From Methanobacteriota archaeon (GTDB lineage Archaea; Thermoplasmatota; Thermoplasmata; SG8-5): a stretch of 44,660 nt of DNA. The stretch lies in contig DAOVAY010000002.1 of the NCBI GenBank assembly GCA_030670795.1, positions 1 through 44,660 of the forward strand. The letters are read 5' to 3'. The position numbers were made by a program, and so were the translations under genes. The notes under the pieces are model-generated. The model made no database searches, was not told the DNA's origin, and saw nothing but the letters and a program-made list of their open reading frames with translations. This document shows positions 18,421 to 25,910 of the stretch, piece after piece (position 1 is the first letter of the stretch; each line of letters starts with the position of its first letter).

Positions 18421-18648
18421 ATGAATCTCAGGCTCAACTCTTCCCCAACGGGCGGGGCGACTCCACCAGTCACTAACGTGATAGGCAAACGCTCCGCCCG
18501 ATTTATATTATATTAATATTCACTATCTTCTATGAGTAAAAAAAGAAAAAAGAGGGACAATCTCTGCAATACGAGATTATTAATTCACCCTGAATTAGAT
18601 TTTAGCCAGACCGTCGGAAATCGAATCCCCGTGGGTCCGTTTTATTTT

Positions 18649-18692
18649 TCACCAGTCAACTACCCATACTGTGTCAGCGGGCACGTGCACCC
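18649..18692 (-). pseudogene. orphan copy of the last 13 codons plus stop of the CTD gene at 18790 (VHVPADTVWVVDW-stop), with no gene body
   Basis: tcaccagtcaactacccatactgtgtcagcgggcacgtgcaccc at 18649-18692 matches 18790-18833 at 43 of 44 nt. The one difference is synonymous (GAC vs GAT for Asp). The two are direct repeats separated by 97 nt. Confidence 0.7.
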
Positions 18693-18734
18693 GAGCTTTT
18701 TTATTTTAGGATTTTCTCAGCTGGCTCGGGTTCC

Positions 18735-18765
18735 AAAAGAAAAAACTTCGGAAAATAAGAAAAAT
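18735..18765 (-). terminator. oligo-T tracts downstream of the five-gene operon; candidate archaeal intrinsic terminator
   Basis: After the stop at 18790 the minus strand reads ...gatttttcttattttccgaagttttttcttttgg. T5, T4, T6 and T4 runs fall within about 55 nt of the stop. Confidence 0.3.
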
Positions 18766-18789
18766 CGCCCTCGCCTGCTCGAAAATCAA

Positions 18790-19284
18790 TCACCAATCAA
18801 CTACCCATACTGTGTCAGCGGGCACGTGCACCCAGTATGCCTCTCCCGGCTTCATCATGTACGTGTCTGCAAGTGGGCTAAGCCGATAAGCTGCGGTTGC
18901 GTTGTATCCTTCCACTCCGTCGTAGCCAGTACCTGCCAGTGCGTCTGATATCTGTCTCCCTACCAGGGACGGGTAGCCGACCATATTCCAACCGACCTTG
19001 AGGTTAATGGCCGTACTCGAAGGCACAACACCGCTTACGTTAATGTAGCCGTCACCAAGTGAGCCCGCTTCGACATACAACCAAATGCCCATGGATTCAT
19101 TGACATCGGTGAGATCATTCAACGAGGTCGGTTTGGAAAGCATCCATGATTTCCAGGGGTCAATCGCAACGAATGAGTCGTAATATTCCAATATTGTCCA
19201 GGTAGTATTACTATCTTGATCCAGGAGAACGGTTGGTACGGTTGTGTCACTCGGAATCAACGGAAGGGATATGAAGTTCCAACC
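18790..19284 (-). other. shared C-terminal module (CTD), copy 4 (164 aa), mosaic
   Basis: The first half resembles copy 7 (member D). The second half resembles copies 1 and 2. See findings. Confidence 0.8.
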
Positions 19285-21336
19285 CTCATGAACTGGGATA
19301 AGCGTATCAACAACATCAAGTACAGTCAGATTAACCGGGACAACAACCACCGGTTCCTCGTGGTCCTGGCTGTGTATGCACAGGTAGCTCTGATAGGCTC
19401 CCGGCGAAAGTGTGGAAGTGTTGACCGTCAGGTTAACAATTTCCGTGCTCTCGGGTGCAAGGGCTCCCAAGTCATGCGAGACACTGAGCCAATCAACAGG
19501 ACCGTCGCTGGTGACGACAGCCTGTTTCAAAGCCCCTTGATTGGTGACCGCGTTGGTGATTGTCGGTGTGGGTGGGAAAGCCACGATGGCGATTGCGCTG
19601 GTCTCGAGGGTCCCGAAGGAAACCGGGAAGGGTGGTGCGTCATCGTCCATGCCAAGCGTCACATTGGCAATGTAGGTTATACCTATGTAGTAGTATTTTC
19701 CGGCCTGCAACGGAACGTTCATCGAGCCAGAGGAGAACCAGCCCTCTCCTGTCCCCGAGCTGGCGATGTGATTCTCCTGAATCAGGCTGTAATCTCCGAC
19801 GAGTGCGTCACCTTCGTAGACGACATGATATATCTCAGTCGAGTTGGTTATCTCCAACCATATCTTATTCTCCACCAAGAAAGTGGGCGTCGTAACATTG
19901 TATATGTTGCCCCAACTCAGGTCGGGAATTGTAGCGTTGAAGAGGTCCCAGCTGCCCACCACATCGGTAAGTTCGCCTACGTCGATGTCGTAGTCCAGGT
20001 CTCCGAGACCGTTATTGCCCATCATCATGTTGTCGAGCGCCGTCTGTCCTTCCCAGACCTGGAAATCGAAGCTCTCCGGGCTCACCCAGAGGTCGAGAGG
20101 ACGTTCGACCCACACGGTCTTCTCATGAATGTTATTGGTAACATTGACGTCTCCGGCCACAGGCGTCGCTTGAACAGCGACGGTGCAGTTGCCCACCATT
20201 ATCGGCACCGTCCAGTTGAACGTGACCCTTTGACCGTGGCCGGTCTCCAGGAAAGGAATGTATTGGGTCTGCTCAACGGTACCGTTGACCGTCAGGTTGA
20301 CCTCGATGTTGGTCTCGTTACTCGCGCCCCAGTTTAACACTGTGCCGTTGACCATGATTGTCTTGTTGGCTATTACCCTGTTCGGAGGAGTCATGTTGAT
20401 GTAACATGGATTATCATTCACATGAAGCCCCTTCACTGCAATGTCTTGTACCGGTAACGGCGGGTCCGGATCGAAATCCTCGACCTTGGCCTGTTCGACA
20501 GCAAGGGTGTTGTCGTTCTGTATCCAGACCGTGACGCCGACCTCGTCCGCTATCATGCCCTGGCCCGGGTCTATGAAGAACGACCTGTTGAACCAGGCCT
20601 TGTCCCCGGGGTTTGCGCCGGCCGGGAATATTATCTCGCCGATAGCATTCGGCAGCATGTCCCACATGGCCCAGTGATAGGTCGTGAAATACTGCCCTTT
20701 GAATCCGAATCTGGGGATGACGTCGATATTGTCCTCCCAGAACCCGAACCTGATCGACAGGTTCGCTCCGGGCGGGATGACCTCGTGGGCCTCCACCACC
20801 GCTGATACGGTCTCTGCGGTGAGGTTGCCCGTGGTCCTGATGGAGAACCTGGACAGGTCTCCCAGCGCCTTGTCGAAGTACTCCCTGTAGACGTCGGTTT
20901 CGGTAATCTCATGCTGGACATGGAAACCGTCGCAGGCGCACCAGGGCACGCCGCCCAGCCCCCCGTAATAATTATTCCTCACGAACACGTCGTCAATCGA
21001 ATACATCGATATCGAATCGTTGGCTGCCGGGAACCATGTATGCGGGAACACCGGCGCAACCAATGGATAACCGTATTCCAACAATGCGGGCATAAGGCAG
21101 GCCTCGGTCTTGGGGCACCAACTGCATTTCGAATTCGTGAATTCCTCCCACAACACCGTTCTGGTCACGCCAGTATACGGTACGTTGCTCGGTTGATAGG
21201 CCCCACCCGGGTTCGCGTCTGCGGTTGCCGGTTCCGAAACCCTTGCGCAGCCCAACAATCCTAACCCACCGATTATCATACCGAGAGCGATGAGTAACGT
21301 AAACGCCTTTGTCGCTCTCATTCCCAATTCTGTCAT
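18790..21336 (-). CDS. operon member A: secreted CxxC thioredoxin-like head + CARDB-like/Ig-like modules + shared CTD
   Basis: The track start at 21348 is TTG. I prefer the ATG at 21336, 4 nt after GGTGAT; the ATG at 21321 is also possible. N-terminus: MTELGMRATKAFTLLIALGMIIGGLGLLGC. Head motif: VLWEEFTNSKCSWCP. The protein ends ...KPGEAYWVHVPADTVWVVDW-stop. It is a paralogue of member D. Confidence 0.88.
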   Translation of the reverse strand: MTELGMRATKAFTLLIALGMIIGGLGLLGCARVSEPATADANPGGAYQPSNVPYTGVTRTVLWEEFTNSKCSWCPKTEACLMPALLEYGYPLVAPVFPHTWFPAANDSISMYSIDDVFVRNNYYGGLGGVPWCACDGFHVQHEITETDVYREYFDKALGDLSRFSIRTTGNLTAETVSAVVEAHEVIPPGANLSIRFGFWEDNIDVIPRFGFKGQYFTTYHWAMWDMLPNAIGEIIFPAGANPGDKAWFNRSFFIDPGQGMIADEVGVTVWIQNDNTLAVEQAKVEDFDPDPPLPVQDIAVKGLHVNDNPCYINMTPPNRVIANKTIMVNGTVLNWGASNETNIEVNLTVNGTVEQTQYIPFLETGHGQRVTFNWTVPIMVGNCTVAVQATPVAGDVNVTNNIHEKTVWVERPLDLWVSPESFDFQVWEGQTALDNMMMGNNGLGDLDYDIDVGELTDVVGSWDLFNATIPDLSWGNIYNVTTPTFLVENKIWLEITNSTEIYHVVYEGDALVGDYSLIQENHIASSGTGEGWFSSGSMNVPLQAGKYYYIGITYIANVTLGMDDDAPPFPVSFGTLETSAIAIVAFPPTPTITNAVTNQGALKQAVVTSDGPVDWLSVSHDLGALAPESTEIVNLTVNTSTLSPGAYQSYLCIHSQDHEEPVVVVPVNLTVLDVVDTLIPVHEGWNFISLPLIPSDTTVPTVLLDQDSNTTWTILEYYDSFVAIDPWKSWMLSKPTSLNDLTDVNESMGIWLYVEAGSLGDGYINVSGVVPSSTAINLKVGWNMVGYPSLVGRQISDALAGTGYDGVEGYNATAAYRLSPLADTYMMKPGEAYWVHVPADTVWVVDW

Positions 21337-21341
21337 ATCTA

Positions 21342-21845
21342 TCACCAATTAACATTCCAAATCGTATCGCTATCCACCCTTATCCAGTAGGCCTCGCCAC
21401 GCTTTAACACATAGCTTCCGAGCAATACATCTATACCGTAGGGCGCTCCACTGTTATAACCATCGACTCCCGTGGCTCCAGTATCCGCGATGAGGTCGTC
21501 AACGTCGTAAAACGAGTCATTCCTGGCAGGGTAACCAACCATGTTCCAGCCTGCCTTCAGATTGACGGCCGTACTAGTCGGTTCGGTGCCTGCAACCCTA
21601 ATGATTCCGTCTCCGAGCGCGAGGGCATCGGGAATGAATAGCCAGGCACCCATCGTGTTGTTTACCTCATCGAGGTCGTTCAGAGACGATGGTCTAGACT
21701 CGCCCCATGCCTTCCAATGATCCTGGCCATCTACAGCGTCATAGTATTGGAGACGTGTCCATGTGGTATCACCGTCCAAATCTGTGAACACCTCTGGAAC
21801 CGAGTTGTTATCTGGAATAAGCGGTGTCGAAATGAAGTTCCAGCC
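21342..21845 (-). other. shared C-terminal module (CTD), copy 5 (167 aa)
   Basis: GWNFISTPLIPDNN...MGAWLFIPD...GWNMVGYPARNDSFYDVDDLIADTGAT...WNVNW-stop. Confidence 0.8.
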
Positions 21846-24041
21846 GATGTTTAAAGGTCCGATGGCATACGTAGACCCAAGCGAGGGCGTGACACTCGTT
21901 TGGGTGCTACCATAATCAAATTCCAAAATGAAGTTGGAGAATGGGGTTTCCCAAGTTATTTGTATGTTGTCAAAACCGCCCTGGCAGTCTGTGGTGCTTC
22001 CGGCTCCGGTCACCCATGCCCCTATTTTCAAATAATAAGTGGTTGAGGAATCTACAATGCCGATAACATCAATAGGTCCCTGCGAGGTCCACGAGGTTGT
22101 TCCGGTCACCGACTGGCTCCAGATCTCAGTACCAATCGTGGGCAGTCCTGGTGTTGAATCGATGAATACATAGAATGTCACATCGGTAACGCTTGCATAT
22201 TGACTGCATATCCAGTCAAAACTTAACGTTGCTGAGGTGGGCGCACCCGAAGGGATGAATGCCTGTTCCCAGTAGCCGCCCAGTTCCGTGTTGAATTTGT
22301 CACTGGTGAATTGCACGTCAACCCACCCGCCCGGATTGCCACCGGCAGGTTGCCAGGTTTCATCAACAAGGGATGTGTAAGCTCCCCAATCGTGTCCGGT
22401 CCATCCCGTAGAGCTTGCGTTCAAATTGGGATTTGCAGTCGCTTCAATCGTCGGTCCGCCTCCTCCGGTGATGTTGAGCCACAGCTCTACGATGAGACTG
22501 TCCCCATCGGTTATCGCCCCTGCCAATGTGTCATTCCAGGTGAACGTATGTCTGCTTGTGAAGGCTCCAATATTCTCGTCATCTTTTATCGTGGTGTCCA
22601 ATATTGCCGGGCCGGTGGAGGTGTATAATTTTGCGAAGAGGTATCCGGTGAACGCATTATTTCTCAAATATCCGTTAACCTCGAACGTCCAATCACCGTT
22701 GATGGTCGTGTCGGTGAAGGTCTTTGTCGTTTCCCAGGTGTCGATGAGAATATCCCCTATAGCAGATACAGGCACTTCAATATTGTTGGGTTGCCTGTCC
22801 ATTGGTTTCATGTCCAGGTCCAGGTTTGAGCCGGCCATTTGGGCCTGGAGGAACCATTGGTCATCAATGATATTGTCAATAGAAAAAGGTTGCCTTAAGG
22901 TGCAGACCGTTGTCTGGATAAAAGAGTCAGTGGCACTCACCCTGATGATATAATTCGGGCTGTCTGGCAATGTGGTCGTATCCCATGTGTAGATACCATC
23001 ATTGTTGTCGATTCCACTCTCCAGTGTAAACCAACTAGTTCCGCCGTCCGGGCTGTATTCAACCGTGACATCCAGGGTGGAATTCGCATCCTCATAATCG
23101 CCGGCCGTCCAGATGATGTCATAGGAGCCGGGGAGTATCTGGTCCACAGCACCGGGCGTGAGTATATCCACCGAGGGGGGGTGGTCGCCGAAGTTGCCGA
23201 AGTCCTCAACTGCGGCTTGATCGACTACCATAGTGCCAAGGTTTTGCACCCATATTGTCACGCCGAGCTCATTGGTCAACCATTCCGGCTCAATAGTGAA
23301 GTTTCTGGTTAAGTCTAAAGAATCCCATTGGTCTGCCCCGCTTGGCCATATCGCTTCACCACCAGCATCGGGCAGCATGTCCCACATGGTCCATCTGAAC
23401 TCGGTCTCTCCATTCGAACCTGTGGTGCCGAATCTGTCCACCACATCAATATGGTCCTCCCACAGGGCGAACTGGACGATAAGGTCGGTCGCGGCGATGG
23501 GTTCTACAGCCTCAATGCGAGCCTGAACAGTACCGGTCAAGTTCGCGACATCAAGGCTGCCAGTTGTGGTTATGGTGATGTTGGCAGGAATTGCCAGTCT
23601 TTCGTCGAACCATCCGTTGATCGTCGGTCCGTTCGGGATAGGGTCAAAGGATTTTTTATAAATGCCATCGACCTCGGTCCATGGATTTGTGCTTGCTCCG
23701 TAATACAATTCCCTCTCAAAGTTTTCCAGACCATTGTAAATGAAAACAGGGTCGTTACCAGCGATGGAAGTATGATAATACAACGGAGCCACTTGTGAGT
23801 GGGTGTAGTTTTCCACTGCCGGTTCGAGATAGTTCTTCAAAATCGTGCATTGGCCGCAGTTCCAGTGCGTGAACTCCTCCATTAACACTACCCTTTGGGC
23901 GCCTGCCCTCGGCTCTTCCCCCCAATGTATTGATTCGGGCGTGACATGTGGGTTTGGCCCCATTCCGACTGTTTTTATCGTCAGACAGGTCAGAATCAGC
24001 ATAACCGCCAATGCGGATGCCAAGACCTTTGCCAAGCTCAT
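21342..24041 (-). CDS. operon member B: secreted CxxC thioredoxin-like head + Asp-box Ig-like module + jelly-roll-like regions + shared CTD
   Basis: The track start at 24062 is GTG. I prefer the ATG at 24041, 2 nt after the upstream TGA. N-terminus: MSLAKVLASALAVMLILTC. Head motif: VLMEEFTHWNCGQCT. It contains EYSPDGGTSWF and ends ...RGEAYWIRVDSDTIWNVNW-stop. It is a paralogue of member E. Confidence 0.88.
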   Translation of the reverse strand: MSLAKVLASALAVMLILTCLTIKTVGMGPNPHVTPESIHWGEEPRAGAQRVVLMEEFTHWNCGQCTILKNYLEPAVENYTHSQVAPLYYHTSIAGNDPVFIYNGLENFERELYYGASTNPWTEVDGIYKKSFDPIPNGPTINGWFDERLAIPANITITTTGSLDVANLTGTVQARIEAVEPIAATDLIVQFALWEDHIDVVDRFGTTGSNGETEFRWTMWDMLPDAGGEAIWPSGADQWDSLDLTRNFTIEPEWLTNELGVTIWVQNLGTMVVDQAAVEDFGNFGDHPPSVDILTPGAVDQILPGSYDIIWTAGDYEDANSTLDVTVEYSPDGGTSWFTLESGIDNNDGIYTWDTTTLPDSPNYIIRVSATDSFIQTTVCTLRQPFSIDNIIDDQWFLQAQMAGSNLDLDMKPMDRQPNNIEVPVSAIGDILIDTWETTKTFTDTTINGDWTFEVNGYLRNNAFTGYLFAKLYTSTGPAILDTTIKDDENIGAFTSRHTFTWNDTLAGAITDGDSLIVELWLNITGGGGPTIEATANPNLNASSTGWTGHDWGAYTSLVDETWQPAGGNPGGWVDVQFTSDKFNTELGGYWEQAFIPSGAPTSATLSFDWICSQYASVTDVTFYVFIDSTPGLPTIGTEIWSQSVTGTTSWTSQGPIDVIGIVDSSTTYYLKIGAWVTGAGSTTDCQGGFDNIQITWETPFSNFILEFDYGSTQTSVTPSLGSTYAIGPLNIGWNFISTPLIPDNNSVPEVFTDLDGDTTWTRLQYYDAVDGQDHWKAWGESRPSSLNDLDEVNNTMGAWLFIPDALALGDGIIRVAGTEPTSTAVNLKAGWNMVGYPARNDSFYDVDDLIADTGATGVDGYNSGAPYGIDVLLGSYVLKRGEAYWIRVDSDTIWNVNW

Positions 24042-24043
24042 TT

Positions 24044-24550
24044 TCACCAATCCACTACCCACGTCGTGTCACTGCCCACCTTTATCCAATAGGCTTCGCC
24101 GCGCTTGAGTACGTTGTCCAGGGCCAGGGCCTCGATTCGATATGGTGCCGCCGGATTATACCCCTCGACGTAAGTGGCTCCCGTGTCTGCAATGAGCTGT
24201 GTGACGTCATAGGCGGAGTCATTCTGTGCAGGATAACCCACGAGATTCCAGCCCGAGAAAAGTTGAACCAAGGTTCCTGACGGTTCTGACCCGAGCCCAA
24301 CCGTCAACACCTGATCCCCGGAATTCGATGTCAGATGTATCCAGAATCCCATCGTATTGTTAATGTCGGGCATATCGTTCAGAGCTGCGGGTTTGCCCTT
24401 CATGTATGTCTTCCAGGGGTCAACCGGATTATTGGGGTCGTACCACATGATATAATCCCAGGTAGTGTTCCCATCTCCCCAGAGTGCGTCGTCGAATATC
24501 GATGATGCATTGCCTGTGGCATCGATCGGGAACGAGACAAACCTCCAGTC
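24044..24550 (-). other. shared C-terminal module (CTD), copy 6 (~168 aa)
   Basis: DWRFVSFPID...MGFWIHLTS...GWNLVGYPAQNDSAYDVTQLIADTGAT...TWVVDW-stop. The first GWN is degenerate (DWR). Confidence 0.75.
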
Positions 24551-25411
24551 CGGGGCTCCGGGGTCCACAATGGGCACGTCATAGTCCCAGAATACATCCC
24601 ATTCGTCCACCACGTGGGATTGGTCGATAATCTGGGTGCTGTTGGCTTGTACCCAGATGCTCATCCCAAGCTTGTCAATATCCCATTCCGGTTCAATTAT
24701 GAAATCATAAGTAAGTTCAACCGAAGCTCCGGCGGTCGTTCCGCCCGACCACAGCTCTGTCCCGTTCGCATTTGGTATCATGTCCCACATGGTCCAGTGC
24801 CAGGGGTCCACGCCGTTGGGCGCAGACTGGTTGAACCTCTCGAACACGGGAATATCGTCCTCCCAGAGTGCGAACTGGGCCACAAGGTCGGTTGCAACGA
24901 TGTCCTCCTCTGCCACGAAGTTGGCCGTGACCCTGCCGGTCAGGTTGTTCATGAACAGCGTCCCGGAAGCGTCGATGGAGATGTTCGCCGGTAGCGCAAG
25001 CCGCTCGTCTATCAGGTTCTTGAAGTAGGTCTCGTTGGCCTGGGCAGGGAACCATCTGCCGTCGATTCTCATGTGTGGGAGGAAGGCCACTCCATAATAA
25101 ACACTCCTCGCAAAGTTTTCGAGGGGGTTGTACTCGAACGCCGGGTCGACGGGGAGTACGGTGTGGTGTTTGTAATACAACGGCGCGACGTTGTCATACC
25201 CGTAATAGTTTACCACGATGGGGCAGTAACAGGTTTCCGAGGGCACGCAGAGGCCGCAGTGCCAGTTGGTGAACTGCTCGTACATCACGCACCTCTGAAC
25301 CCCTTTGGGCTCAGGTTCGGGGGTTTCGGTCCCCACAGTCAAACATCCTAACACACTGAATGCCATTAAAACAACAATAAGAATTGCCCAGTGTTTCTTA
25401 CAATTCATCAT
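24044..25411 (-). CDS. operon member C: the minimal family member, with CxxC thioredoxin-like head + shared CTD only
   Basis: I prefer the ATG at 25411 (MMNCKKHWAILIVVLMAFSVLGC), 10 nt after the upstream TAA. Head motif: VMYEQFTNWHCGLCV. The protein ends ...RGEAYWIKVGSDTTWVVDW-stop. Confidence 0.88.
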   Translation of the reverse strand: MMNCKKHWAILIVVLMAFSVLGCLTVGTETPEPEPKGVQRCVMYEQFTNWHCGLCVPSETCYCPIVVNYYGYDNVAPLYYKHHTVLPVDPAFEYNPLENFARSVYYGVAFLPHMRIDGRWFPAQANETYFKNLIDERLALPANISIDASGTLFMNNLTGRVTANFVAEEDIVATDLVAQFALWEDDIPVFERFNQSAPNGVDPWHWTMWDMIPNANGTELWSGGTTAGASVELTYDFIIEPEWDIDKLGMSIWVQANSTQIIDQSHVVDEWDVFWDYDVPIVDPGAPDWRFVSFPIDATGNASSIFDDALWGDGNTTWDYIMWYDPNNPVDPWKTYMKGKPAALNDMPDINNTMGFWIHLTSNSGDQVLTVGLGSEPSGTLVQLFSGWNLVGYPAQNDSAYDVTQLIADTGATYVEGYNPAAPYRIEALALDNVLKRGEAYWIKVGSDTTWVVDW

Positions 25412-25421
25412 ACCCACTCCA

Positions 25422-25910
25422 TTACCAATTGATAGTCCATGTCGTATCACTATTTACATTTAACCAATACGCCTCGCCGTGCTTGAGCACGTAACCGCCG
25501 GCCAGCACTTCAATATTATACTGCGCTGCCGGGTTGAAACCCTCCACATCCGTGGCACCGGTGTCCGCGATCAGGTCGTTCACGTCGTAGGCAGAATCGT
25601 CGGTCGCAGGGTAGCCGACCATGTTCCAGCCTGCTTTGAGGTTAATAACCGTCGTCGTTGGAGCCAGACCACTCACGTTGATGAAACCGTCGCCCAACGA
25701 ACCCACCTCAACGTACAGCCAGACGCCCATTGATTCATTGACCGCGTATAGGTCGTTCAGCGCAGGCGGTTTAAAGCTCGACCACGACATCCACATTCCC
25801 GCATCGTAATATTTCAACCTGGTCCAGGTCGTATCACCGTCTTGGTCGAGAAGTGCTTCCGGTAAGGTCGTATCCAGCGGCATCAACGGCGTCGAAACGT
25901 AATTCCACCC
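25422..25910 (-). other. shared C-terminal module (CTD), copy 7 (162 aa)
   Basis: GWNYVSTPLMPLDTT...MGVWLYVEVGSLGDGFINVSG...GWNMVGYPATDDSAYDVNDLIADTGAT...WTINW-stop. Confidence 0.8.

Noticed and set aside
18449-18500. An imperfect inverted repeat (gggcggggcg ... cgctccgccc) after the giant gene was considered as a structured RNA or terminator hairpin.
   Set aside because: It has a 10-bp stem with one mismatch, a ~30-nt loop and no following T-tract. That is too weak to call, and no covariation evidence is available from a single sequence.
18532-18948. A plus-strand 138-aa ORF contains SPVNYPYCVSGHVHP twice.
   Set aside because: It is an artefact of reading the orphan and genuine CTD 3' ends on the wrong strand. 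It spans intergenic oligo-A/T tracts and has no coding signal.
19216-20337. A long plus-strand ORF (373 aa) and many other 60-200-aa plus-strand ORFs lie across 18.8-30.7 kb, for example 22426-22953, 23328-23798, 27711-28316, 28036-28503 and 29394-29867.
   Set aside because: They lie antisense to, or out of frame with, strongly supported minus-strand genes in GC-rich DNA. Their translations are Arg/Gly/Pro/Ser-rich and low in complexity, with no motifs or RBS. They are typical shadow ORFs.
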